From the NCBI RefSeq assembly GCF_000143415.4, contig NW_003314309.1, positions 551,459 through 615,458 of the forward strand: a DNA stretch of 64,000 nt, written 5' to 3'. The position numbers and the translations under genes are program-made. The DNA comes from Selaginella moellendorffii. Its lineage: Eukaryota > Plantae > Lycopodiophyta. The notes below the pieces were generated by a model. That model was not told the origin of the DNA and made no database searches. It was given only the letters and a program-made list of their open reading frames with translations. This document shows, one piece after another, positions 50,572-60,700 of this stretch. Position 1 is the first letter of the stretch, and each line of letters begins with the position of its first letter.

Positions 50572-52379
50572 TTAGAGCTGACAGATGAAAAGCTAGCAGC
50601 TGGAAATAACGTGAGGCCACACGCCATTCATCACTGCATCAGATGTCTTGAGGCTGCATCCTAAGATGGCGTGAGGCTACACGCCATCTGTAACTAGACA
50701 GCACTCGAGAGCCCAATCGGTGCATGCCAATGTTGCTACTGAATGGCATGTGGCCTCATGCCATTTTCTACTTGGTCTAAAAGACTTACCATTTGAAGCC
50801 GAATGGAGGCCGTGACAATCGAGGCCGGACTCGCTGGCGAATGTGCACTGTGTGTGCAGCAGATCGTAGCAGCAAGGCTACTCTGCCACTTACAGTTGGA
50901 GAGTGGTGCTGAAATCTCCCGAGACGCCAAGTGGGCTGCGTGTGGGTGGCGGAGTGGGCGGCGGAGTTGGCGGCGAAGTTACAAACTGGGTGTGTCTTGA
51001 AGTGGACGCCGATGCACACGAGCGCGAGTGTGATGCAAGCGCGAGTGGACGCCGATGCACATGAGAAACCTGTAGAGAAGTGAGCGTGATCGCGAGTGGG
51101 AGCGCGATGCGAGCAGGAGCGTGAGTGTGATGCGAGCGCGAGCGCGAGTGTGCGAGCGCGAGTACAAAGCAAAATGCAAAACCTAACCTCACACGCGGGA
51201 AATGTCACAACGGTTGGTAATCCCGCCACGTCATCATTCCTCGGACTTGGGCGCCACCATTAATTTCTGGATTGCCGCGCGCATGCAAGCACGCAAAATC
51301 CAAAAGAAATCCGCAACGTCATCATTCCTCGGACTGCATGCACGCGAAATCCAAAAGAAAGATCATGATTGGGATATCATTTAATACCCTCGCTATATTT
51401 ATACCATGCATGATTGGATATTCCAAAGCATCTTGTATTTCCAAAAATGGCAGATGTTCAGCTAAATAAAGAAATTCTATCTGTTTCTATTTTTCTCTCA
51501 AATCAATATTATAGCGTGTGGGCTCATGCAATTTTGAACCAAAGAAACCCAAAAAACGTTGGACCCAAAATATTTTGAAAAAACCCAAAAAACCCTAAAC
51601 ATTTTAAACCCAAAAATCCAGGCGTCCTGTGGCGTTATTCCTTGAATGGCGTGTGGGCGCATGCCATTTTCAGGGCCAAATGCTGAATGGAGAAAAATTC
51701 CCTTTCAGTGCAAATGCTGCAAGAGGCAAATGCCGAGCACAAAGGACTGTAACTACCTCACATGACACAGATAAACTTTTCTCTATTTGGGAAAGATAAA
51801 CTTTATAGCGTGTGGGCTCATGCAATTTTGAACCCAAAAAATGCACCAAAAAATTCTCGGCGTCATCTGGCGTTATCTCTTGAATGGCGTGGGGCCGCAT
51901 GCCATTTTCAGGGGCACATAGGAGTATATTCCTAGAATATTCTGACACACGCGAGATTTTTTTGAGTTTTCTGGAGATCCAACCGTTAGATCGCAACTAG
52001 ATTTTACAGAATGGTATAGAATGTCTTTCTTGATGACCCTGCAAAGAAGCATCTCGATTGGACACCATATGAGACCACACGAGCCTTACAATGTTTCAAG
52101 AGCATTTGCCATAGATCCGACCGTTATTTTGCTCCAAGATTTTACAGTTTGGTGTGCATTGACCTTTCCATCGAAACTGCAAAGGGACATCACAATCAGA
52201 TGCGGGATCACAAGAAACTAACTTCACTAACTCTGGTTTCACCAAGATCTACGTAAGGAGTTATGAAATGAAAGGACCCTCTCTATTGAAATGTGTTTAT
52301 GGTCCTAGGGGCATTGTGACATATCAAAGAATTTTGCATCAAGTTCTGTATTTGCATGTTTATCAAGCTACTGAATTGC

Positions 52380-52405
52380 TAAACCCTAAACCCTAAACCC
52401 TAAAC
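52380..52405 (+). repeat. Interstitial plant telomeric repeat (TAAACCC)3+
   Basis: taaaccctaaaccctaaaccctaaac. Confidence 0.85.
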
Positions 52406-53735
52406 ATGTGGCAAATGCTGCGTGAAGAAAGATGCCCTTTCTGGGCAAATGCTGTAAGAGGCAGATGCCGAGCAGATGTATCTCAGGCTAGCGAAGGGGA
52501 CAAACGAAAGCTAGCTATAAACATGACGGGATGCAAATAGATTACTAGGCTGGTCCTACGAAAATCAAAAACCATAATTGAAAACATTGAAAATGCAAAA
52601 ATAAAGGTTTATAATATTTTTGAATTTTAAGCAACCAAAGGAATGTAAGTAGGGCATGTGTTTGTAAGTTTAAAAATGCCTCAACCACTTAAATTCCCAA
52701 GTAAATAAAGCTGTTTCTATTTTTGGTATAGGTAAACTTTATAGCGTGTGGGCTCATGCAGTTTTGAACCCAAAAATGCACCAAAAAATGCTCAACTAGC
52801 ATTATTCTTTGAATGGCGTGTGGCCTTATGTCGAGCATTATTCTTTGAATGGCGTGTGGCCTTATATTGCCATAAATGGACGTACACACACAGCATAATT
52901 ATTCCTTTACACGGCGAATAATCTTGGCGCGGATCGCTGACATGGCATGGCAAAGTTTGAATCACTGACATGGCACAGCTGGATCGAGGCAAGGACATGA
53001 TGTGACAAAGTTCAACCTCCGACAGCAAAGTCTAGAAGCTACTCAGTTTGAAATTTGTCAGAGGAATCATAAGATCTGGTTTGTCAGAGGATTTGATGTG
53101 ACGTTCAAGCGTGTGTTATTTTTGAATTCTCGAACTCATTCCTAGGTCTATCATTTTTGTGCGCCGTGTTCTTGGTTCCGCTGAGCGCAGTGAGCGCTGT
53201 TTGTGTAAGCGGCGTTGTGGGCTGTGGTTTATGCGTCTACGAGCGGTTGCGGCATTGCGAGCGCCATTGCGAGCAGCAGTTTATGCGAGTGGCAGTTTGT
53301 GCGAGCGGCGCTACGAGCAGTTGCGGTGTTGCGAGCGGCGCTACGAGTAGTTGCGGTGTTGCGAGCGGCACTGTCTTTGGTGTGGCTACCGCTTCCTCTT
53401 GATATTCGGCACTTGTGCTTCCTGGTATGTTCACCATGAAATGGCTTAGGACCACATTTAGAAATGGCATGAGGCCACATGCCATCTTGGGCCCTTGCAA
53501 TTTCATGGCTAGCGTATTGTCATGTATGTTTTTACTTGCCTGCAGCTGTGTGTATATCAAGATGGCATGAGGCCTCATGCCAATTTTGTGAATGCGAAAT
53601 TTCACGTGGGTGTCAATAGCATGTTTGAATAATGGCATGTGGCCTCATGCTATTGAGGTTGTTTGGTATGTTATGATTTAGGCCATTCTCCAATCATTTT
53701 TTGTATGGTCTTAACTTCTTTTCTGCACTTTCAGA

Positions 53736-56723
53736 ATGGCCTTCAGGGTTGGGGAAAAGGTTTACATTTTGAATGGTGGGAAGAGAGTTGCAAAAGGGAC
53801 CCTTGTGTCTATGGATCGAAACTTTGTTATACACTGTCAAAGGCTTGGGGAAGGCAATGCTGCTGTATCAGTAGAGACTGTCTTCGATGGGAATGTGGTT
53901 GCTATTGAACGAGGAGAGATGGTCGTCGGGGTAAATGTTGTTGTTGCCTTGAAAAATCTTCAGAAGAAAGCAGATGTTGGGGACAGCGCAAGTGCGACGC
54001 ATGTTCCCTCCGTGGATCTTAAGAACCGTGCTACATGGATTCAGGCAAAGGTGTTTCTAAACAACCCCGAGGGGGAGGTGGTAGCTGAGGGCTTAGCCAC
54101 AGTTGTCGATCCAAGAGATGCGGTTGCTAATCAAGAATTGGGCTGGGATGATATTGGAGTTGCGATTTTAGAGGTTGTTGACACAGAAGAAAACAGTCTG
54201 ATTATTGGAAGCATTGTGCGGTGGAAATTGAGGCACTTAGTGTTTGAGAATGTGAAGGATTCACAATCAAACACCACTACAACTGATGACAGAACATCTC
54301 TTTATGGGAAAAGAAAGTACACCTTCCTAAAGCGCAGCCAAAGGGATCTGAGCAACGAACCGAAAAGGCAGAAAATGGCGATGGAAGTTCGAATGGTCTC
54401 GACAGTTGCTTGTTGCAAGAGGAGGTGCTGTCAACATGCTGATTGGGATGCTATTGAAGAGGAGAGAGCAAGATACAAGACATTGTCCTGGAAGGCAACT
54501 CGCAATTTTGTGTATGAGGCATTACGGTCATCTATTGATGCTTCAGAACATCAGGTGGGGGGCATGGTCTTCCAGAGGGGTTTGGTCTGCATGAAGGCAT
54601 GGAGAATCATTTATGGAGTCCCTCGAACCACATTCTACAGAATCAAAACTGAGTTCGAGGAACAAAGGGTTCAACAGGCAGTCCATGGGAACGACGGTAC
54701 GCACAAAACCAGGGGTCATGTTGTATATGGAGAGGCAATCTTCAAGAGGTTTGTCGAGACATGTAGTGAGCAGCAACCACATAAAACCCGCCTCTTGGAA
54801 GATGGAACACGAGACACCCAACGAGTTCTCCCTTCCATGTATACCAAGGGGGCCATATTGGAAGATGTGAATCGGGAACTCCAAAGTAATGGCTACAGGA
54901 AGCTGAGCCAATCTAGATTTAGTAGATTGTGGAGCAACAGGTTCAGGGATGTGAGTATAGGAAAGTACTCCAGCTTTTCAAAGTGTGACGAGTGCACTGC
55001 TATCAAAATGGCTTTGTCGAAGAATTCTTGTAGCGCTCAAGAGCGAGAGACGTTGGTTAGAAGGCGGCTCGACCACAACATCGAGCAGAGAAGCTGCAGG
55101 ACTGCATATTATCATAACAGGATTCTCTCCATGGAGAGACCTGACTCTTACCTCTGCATCATCCACGACAAAATGGACCAGAAAAATACGTGCTTACCTC
55201 GACTCAATCCTGCCCCCAAGGCAATCTCTTCATCCATGCAGCTGCCTGTGTCTCTATTTGGCATAATCGCTCATGGGCATGGTGCCCAGAACTATGGGAA
55301 CTTCTTTGTACCTCTATGGGGTGGCGGGGGTGCAAACATGATGATTGCGTCCCTAGCAAAACACTTAAGGTCTCTGCAAAGTGCGCAGACTGAGCTGAAC
55401 GGCCAACCCTTGCATAAGGCCCTTATTGATCGAACCCCATACAGGGTTCAGCTGGAGGAGGAGCAAAGGCTTGCAGTATCGCGTGGGGCCCCATGCCATC
55501 CCAGTGAATATGTTGGCCGTCAGATTGTAGGGTTATCACGTGAGGCCTCATGCCATTCCGACGAGGCTGGTCGCCCGGTGAATGCACAGCCTCATCCAAA
55601 CGAAGCAGAATCTCAAGGAAGTTTTTGCGGCCGATGTGGCCTTCCACCCCATCTTCTGCTCCAAACAGACAATGCTGGCAGTGAGAACAAAAACATATAC
55701 GTCTTCGCGTACTTGGCGATGCTTGTTGCCAAAGGCATATTTGAAACGGTTACACTTGGCTTTCTCATGGTTGGGCACACTCATGAAGACGTCGATGCCA
55801 TGTTCAGTCACCTGGCAGAGTCCCTCCGGCGATTCAATGTCCTCACCCTCCCACAACTCTACGATGAATTCCAAAATTGCATCAAAGGCACTGTTGAAGC
55901 TGCACTTCTGACAGAGGTTCCAGACTTTAAGGGGTTTGTAAGAGGCTACATCAGGGACGGATCCGAAACGCTGATTGGCCACTCCAAGCCTCTTCAGTTT
56001 CATTTCAGCATGTGTGACGGTGCTCCAGTGATGAGGTACAAGATGAGAGAATGGGACACAGTGTGGCTGCCAGTGGACGGCATTGAACTCTTCAAGAGAG
56101 ATCCCATAACTGGGGAACCTATGATTCCTCAAGGTTCCCCACGGCCGATGCACCCGGATGGACTCAAAGACCAGGAAAGTATAGTGGCCGGGATTAGACA
56201 GCATATTGCCTTCTGGAAGAGGGGGTTGGTGTTTGGTGGAGAATCCTATTTTCAGAGGTGCAAGCCTTTGCTCGAATACTGGGAGAAGATTATATCTGCT
56301 ATCCAAAATGGGCCGGTTGTATATGAAGAATTGGAAGAGTCCTTTTGGCCAGAACCCAGAGCACCAGATAGTAGCGGAACAATGTCCTCTGGAAATGCAG
56401 TGACAGATAACGATGTTGAGGATCACTATTGTGGGCCGAGGAACAAGAAGCCGGATTCAGCATTCAATCCAGTACAGGTCTGCAAAGGAATGGTCGTGCT
56501 TGTCAGACCCAGTAATAAAAAACAAATGATATGGGTGGGGCACTGCATCACTGATGCAGAGGAGGACGCGGAAACTAACTCCTTCAATGTAACTGTGGAG
56601 TGGTTCAAGCCAAGTTCCGAATATACGAACGATTGCCTAGAAAAGAGATGGGTGCTGAATCCAAGGGATCCCAGCATGAGCATATCGGTGGATAATGTTG
56701 TGCATGGTTGGATGCGGAAGTAG
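53736..56723 (+). CDS. Sola-like DDD transposase with two N-terminal beta-barrel-like repeats, Cys clusters and a C-terminal BAH/SH3-like segment
   Basis: 995-aa ORF inside the TIRs. CCKRRCC, VCMKAW..IYG, FSKCDEC, HDKMDQ, LQTDNAGSENKN, FLMVGHTHEDVDAMFS. Confidence 0.85.
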   Translation: MAFRVGEKVYILNGGKRVAKGTLVSMDRNFVIHCQRLGEGNAAVSVETVFDGNVVAIERGEMVVGVNVVVALKNLQKKADVGDSASATHVPSVDLKNRATWIQAKVFLNNPEGEVVAEGLATVVDPRDAVANQELGWDDIGVAILEVVDTEENSLIIGSIVRWKLRHLVFENVKDSQSNTTTTDDRTSLYGKRKYTFLKRSQRDLSNEPKRQKMAMEVRMVSTVACCKRRCCQHADWDAIEEERARYKTLSWKATRNFVYEALRSSIDASEHQVGGMVFQRGLVCMKAWRIIYGVPRTTFYRIKTEFEEQRVQQAVHGNDGTHKTRGHVVYGEAIFKRFVETCSEQQPHKTRLLEDGTRDTQRVLPSMYTKGAILEDVNRELQSNGYRKLSQSRFSRLWSNRFRDVSIGKYSSFSKCDECTAIKMALSKNSCSAQERETLVRRRLDHNIEQRSCRTAYYHNRILSMERPDSYLCIIHDKMDQKNTCLPRLNPAPKAISSSMQLPVSLFGIIAHGHGAQNYGNFFVPLWGGGGANMMIASLAKHLRSLQSAQTELNGQPLHKALIDRTPYRVQLEEEQRLAVSRGAPCHPSEYVGRQIVGLSREASCHSDEAGRPVNAQPHPNEAESQGSFCGRCGLPPHLLLQTDNAGSENKNIYVFAYLAMLVAKGIFETVTLGFLMVGHTHEDVDAMFSHLAESLRRFNVLTLPQLYDEFQNCIKGTVEAALLTEVPDFKGFVRGYIRDGSETLIGHSKPLQFHFSMCDGAPVMRYKMREWDTVWLPVDGIELFKRDPITGEPMIPQGSPRPMHPDGLKDQESIVAGIRQHIAFWKRGLVFGGESYFQRCKPLLEYWEKIISAIQNGPVVYEELEESFWPEPRAPDSSGTMSSGNAVTDNDVEDHYCGPRNKKPDSAFNPVQVCKGMVVLVRPSNKKQMIWVGHCITDAEEDAETNSFNVTVEWFKPSSEYTNDCLEKRWVLNPRDPSMSISVDNVVHGWMRK

Positions 56724-57515
56724 AGTGCCACCATCACCTTGCCAGACCATGCAAGAGATGCAGCAAGAGCATTCATAACCCGGGTTCAAGGTGAGATTCA
56801 TGAATATTCCTTTACTAAGTTTCTAATGTATTTTATTTCAAGGTGAACAATCCGAATCTGAATCAGAGGAGGCGTGATGGCATGTGGCCTTACGCCATTC
56901 CTAGGTGAGATGATACAAATAACAAGTATAAATTCTTAGTTGTTCTAGCAAATCTTACTTAAAGTTCAAGGTGAACAAGCCGAATATGAATTCATCGGAT
57001 TGTTATAACAAATTGCGAGGTGATGGCATGAGGCGATACGCCATTTAAGAGTGGTAGCCATTCCTATATGAGGTGAGTGAAGTATTTATTAGAAATACCT
57101 CATTCAATTGTGCACTTCTAAGTCTTGGTCCACTTAGTACTGTTTGCATGTTTTTATTTTAATTCTTTCTCTAAAATGTTATTTAGCATGTGGCTTCATG
57201 CCATTGCTCTCCACAATCATGCATTGAATTTCTATCCTTGCATAATACTTCTCCATATATATAGCATGTGCGCACATGTGATATGGTTCATTAGGCCTGA
57301 TATAGTGTGTGAGGTAAAACAAAGATGATGTGACATATGCATTTACCAATCACACGTGCATAAATTTAATAATATGGCGTGTGGCCCATATTAATGGCAC
57401 ATAAACCCATATTGTGGGCTTACGTGCTTTATGTACTATCATTCCCTTGCAGCGTGTGTGTTGGTTTCCTTTTATAACACAACGAACTCCATATTTTAGG
57501 GTGAAGAGCATTCTC

Positions 57516-57773
57516 ATGGCAAGCACAAAATCTGTAAGTGAGGCAGAAAAGGAGACGGAGAAGGAGATAGGTGAAGATGTAGAATATATAAGTCTTCCAA
57601 ACTCCCCGTACTATACTCCAGGTGATCATTTTTCTGAACAAACGGCAACATTAACAACTATCGAGAACGCCCCAGTAACGTCAGAGACAACAATCCAAAG
57701 CAAAACAACTGACCCGGAGAAGGATGATAGTACCGCTGAGAGTACCAAAAAGGAGGTGTCCACTAGCGCTTAG
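57516..57773 (+). CDS. Possible small acidic S/T-rich ORF inside the transposon
   Basis: ATG at 57516 after a TTTTAG acceptor-like site; 85 aa; no recognisable motif. Confidence 0.25.
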   Translation: MASTKSVSEAEKETEKEIGEDVEYISLPNSPYYTPGDHFSEQTATLTTIENAPVTSETTIQSKTTDPEKDDSTAESTKKEVSTSA

Positions 57774-60700
57774 GCTTATAATGGCATGTGCCCTCATGCC
57801 ATTTACTTGATCACCAAATACCTTTTTCCCTTTGCACTAGTATATCTTAATACCGGTCTGAGAAATAGAATGGCATGTGCCCTCAGGCCTTTTACTAAAT
57901 CACCTTTGAAAGAAATGCAAGCCTCTATGTCGTAAAAAAAAGGTACTAGAGAAATTCCTTAATAATATGAATGTTATTTAGTTTCATGAAAATACACTAA
58001 GGGTCAAATGAGTTAAATGACTTCTCCAGACTAGCAATGCCTCTTGCTACACCTTCACAATTAGATTCGTTAGAAAAAGATAACATTGAATAATATCTAA
58101 ATGTTCTCACCATTAAGTTATATGTCTGGCTAATAGGAATGACGTTCATCTTGGAAAGCTCACCACACGCTCAATGAACAAACAAATAGTGTGTGCACGC
58201 ATGCCATCGCTCTTCTTTAGCTTCAGATTCGGCTTGTTCACCTTGACAATGAGATTTATTATACAACCAAATGGACTCAGTCTGGACATAAAGTCACCGC
58301 GCTAATCACCATGCCCCAGATATGTCTAGCCCCTGGACAAAAAACATATAATTTCACGTCATTTTCAAATACTTGAAAATTTGTACCTAGTCCCATTTTA
58401 CTGAATAAATCCCACTTTAACGAAATAGAGCATAATCTCAATACGCGAGGGTTCTTGTTAAGCCAGTGCAAGACAGAGCAAAAGAGAACTAAGAGCCAGG
58501 CCGAGTATGCTCAGCTAGAAACACATAGGAGTTCCTACCTTATGTCCATCTGGCTAAGTACAGGTGCTAAGCCCAGTAAACTAACACTTGAACAAGAGGG
58601 GCTGATAAAGGGAACCAGCAATACCGACCTCCTGCCATCGTGGCAGTAAGGTAAGAGTGTTCGTAAGGACTGGTCGACAGGTAACTTTCGATACCCGAAG
58701 TCACATTCGCGACACTCTCCCCCCCTTGGGAAGATCGACATCCTCGTCAATGCATACTCGAGTCTAGAATACCGCCAAGGAAACAACTCCAGAAAAAGTT
58801 CACGGTACTCACACTATATGAGAAATGCACCAACTTAAATGAGTTAGGGGTAACCTCTTTGTCTAACGCGGATGCGCTACCAGCTCAGACACCTTCCGGC
58901 CGTCGCCGACAAGGAAATGACCAACGGAGTTAGCCACCCTTGCTGCTCTGGGAGTCACCCAGCTTACAAAAGTGTGATATGCCCCTGCCCGTAAGAACAT
59001 AGAGAGAGAAGCCAGAGGCCCCAACCCTCTTAAGCAAAGAAACCAAACCCGTTGGTAAGGTTTAGATAGACTACTGTAAACAGGCAGTTAGAGTTGTTTA
59101 CACGGTCACGCCCTTTTAACGGAATAAGGAACATCGACAGAGAGGTGGGTTATGTGACCAGTCGACAGTAGCTACCCCATGATTAGAGATTTCAACATGC
59201 ATATGAAGTGCCGAAGCCAGTCTGCCTATACTGGCCCAAACTCAAAGAGCAATAAATGGACAATATCAAAGTCATAAACAATGATATCTTAGAGACTTAC
59301 TTATCAGTGATTATATCTTAGAATAGAACACAAAAGTATTCCAAGCAAGTTATCATCCGATAAACCAGTATAATAGTGCAGGAACCACCAAGATCATCAT
59401 AATTGGTAAACATAGGATTCACCATCAAACAAAATTCAATAGCAAGTGTGTCATCAAGAAAACTCAATGACCAAACTTAACTATCAAAGATTGCAGATAG
59501 AATGCCAAACAACTTACGAAAGATAACTCAAAGAACACAAAGTATCATTGACTGACGAGCAAAATGCTCGCGAATGTATCACCCAAAGGAAATAACATCC
59601 AAATCTATCAAAACTAACTCGAGCAACAATCAACAGAAGAGAATGAATGCGGTAAGACCAACAAACATTCATTCCTGCCAACTATCACAAAAGCCAACCT
59701 GAATAGATCCCAGCCAACAATACTAAGAAACTCAAGTTGCCTAAGCAAGTGTTAGCAACATCCTATTGATGTCTCAAACCCAAGAGACCAATCCAGAGCA
59801 AACCACAAAGAATATGTGGTATTGCGAAAAGCCAAAAGCTATCAAAGAGAACAACCAACTATCATGAAATATCATCAATTATCCCATCAAAAAGATATGC
59901 CAAATCATCGTCAAGCAAGAATCTACCATCCCGAAGAATAGGAAATAATTCCAGACCAACAATAATCAAGCAAAAAAATTTTTTACAAAGATAATCAACT
60001 ATCTTAGATGATAATCAATCATCACCAATGATTGCTAGATGCAAAAGCCAACTTCAACATTGAAGCTAATGAGCTAAAATGCCTTCCCCAACATCTTCTA
60101 ACAAAATGGAACAATGAGCATAAAACTCAAAGAACCAAAAGCTTGAAGAAGCCTATAGCTAAGTCTTGCCGAACAATGATCACAAGTCTCGCATGAACTA
60201 ACGTCAATGCTAAAGAGAAATCATGGTACAAACCACAATATCCTTCTCAACACATCCAGAAGCTAAACTTCATAATGCCAAAGCTAATGAAGAGCATGCC
60301 TGCATCAATCCAAAAGCTAAGCATAACAAAGTTATGCTCGACAAGTGATCACCAAACGGTCCTCCATGAATCCATCTATAGCAAGACGTAATTTACTTCA
60401 TAGCAAGCATAAGAAGAATCATCAATGATCGATATATCCCAACTAAAACCCAGCAAGGATTCAATCACTAACTCTTTCCTCTTATAAAGCTAGTATAGTC
60501 CATGACAAAATCACTTTTCAAGGAAAAGCTCAAAACTCAACCTCTACTAAACAATTTTGTCTAAAACACAACTAACTCAAACTTGCCACTCAATTCATTA
60601 GAACGTCAATACGGTTGCTAATTAGCAATTGTACAAATGCCAATAACATAAAGCTTCCACCAAACCATCAACACTATCTTTATTGTGACTAATGAAACTT

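Larger units (their letters stand above)
45105..58207. repeat. Dispersed 22-bp palindrome family ATGGCRTGNGGCCNCAYGCCAT (~30 copies)
   Basis: Copies start at 45105, 46182, 46257 (perfect), 47498, 47689, 47830, 49329, 50606, 50666, 50743, 51511, 51646, 51805, 51884, 52741, 52813, 52849, 53464, 53562, 53632, 55478, 55535, 56877, 57023, 57183, 57374, 57781, 57870 and 58186. Confidence 0.92.
44719..58433 (+). mobile_element. 13.7-kb TIR DNA transposon, Sola-like (4-bp TSD)
   Basis: Perfect 22-bp inverted repeat GCTCTATTTCGTTAAAGTGGGA (44721-44742 / 58410-58431), with termini AAGCTC.../...GAGCAT. TSD AATC (44715-44718, 58434-58437). Removing the element restores the LTR sequence seen at 7234-7264. 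Contains a transposase ORF. Confidence 0.92.

Noticed and set aside
45105-58207. Palindromes as a CRISPR array
   Set aside because: Spacing is irregular (tens to >1500 bp), copies lie in introns and CDS, there are no cas genes and the context is eukaryotic.
44719-58433. CACTA/EnSpm, MULE or Helitron assignment
   Set aside because: The termini are not CACTA, the TSD is 4 bp (not 3 or 9-11), TIRs are present and no Rep/helicase is encoded.
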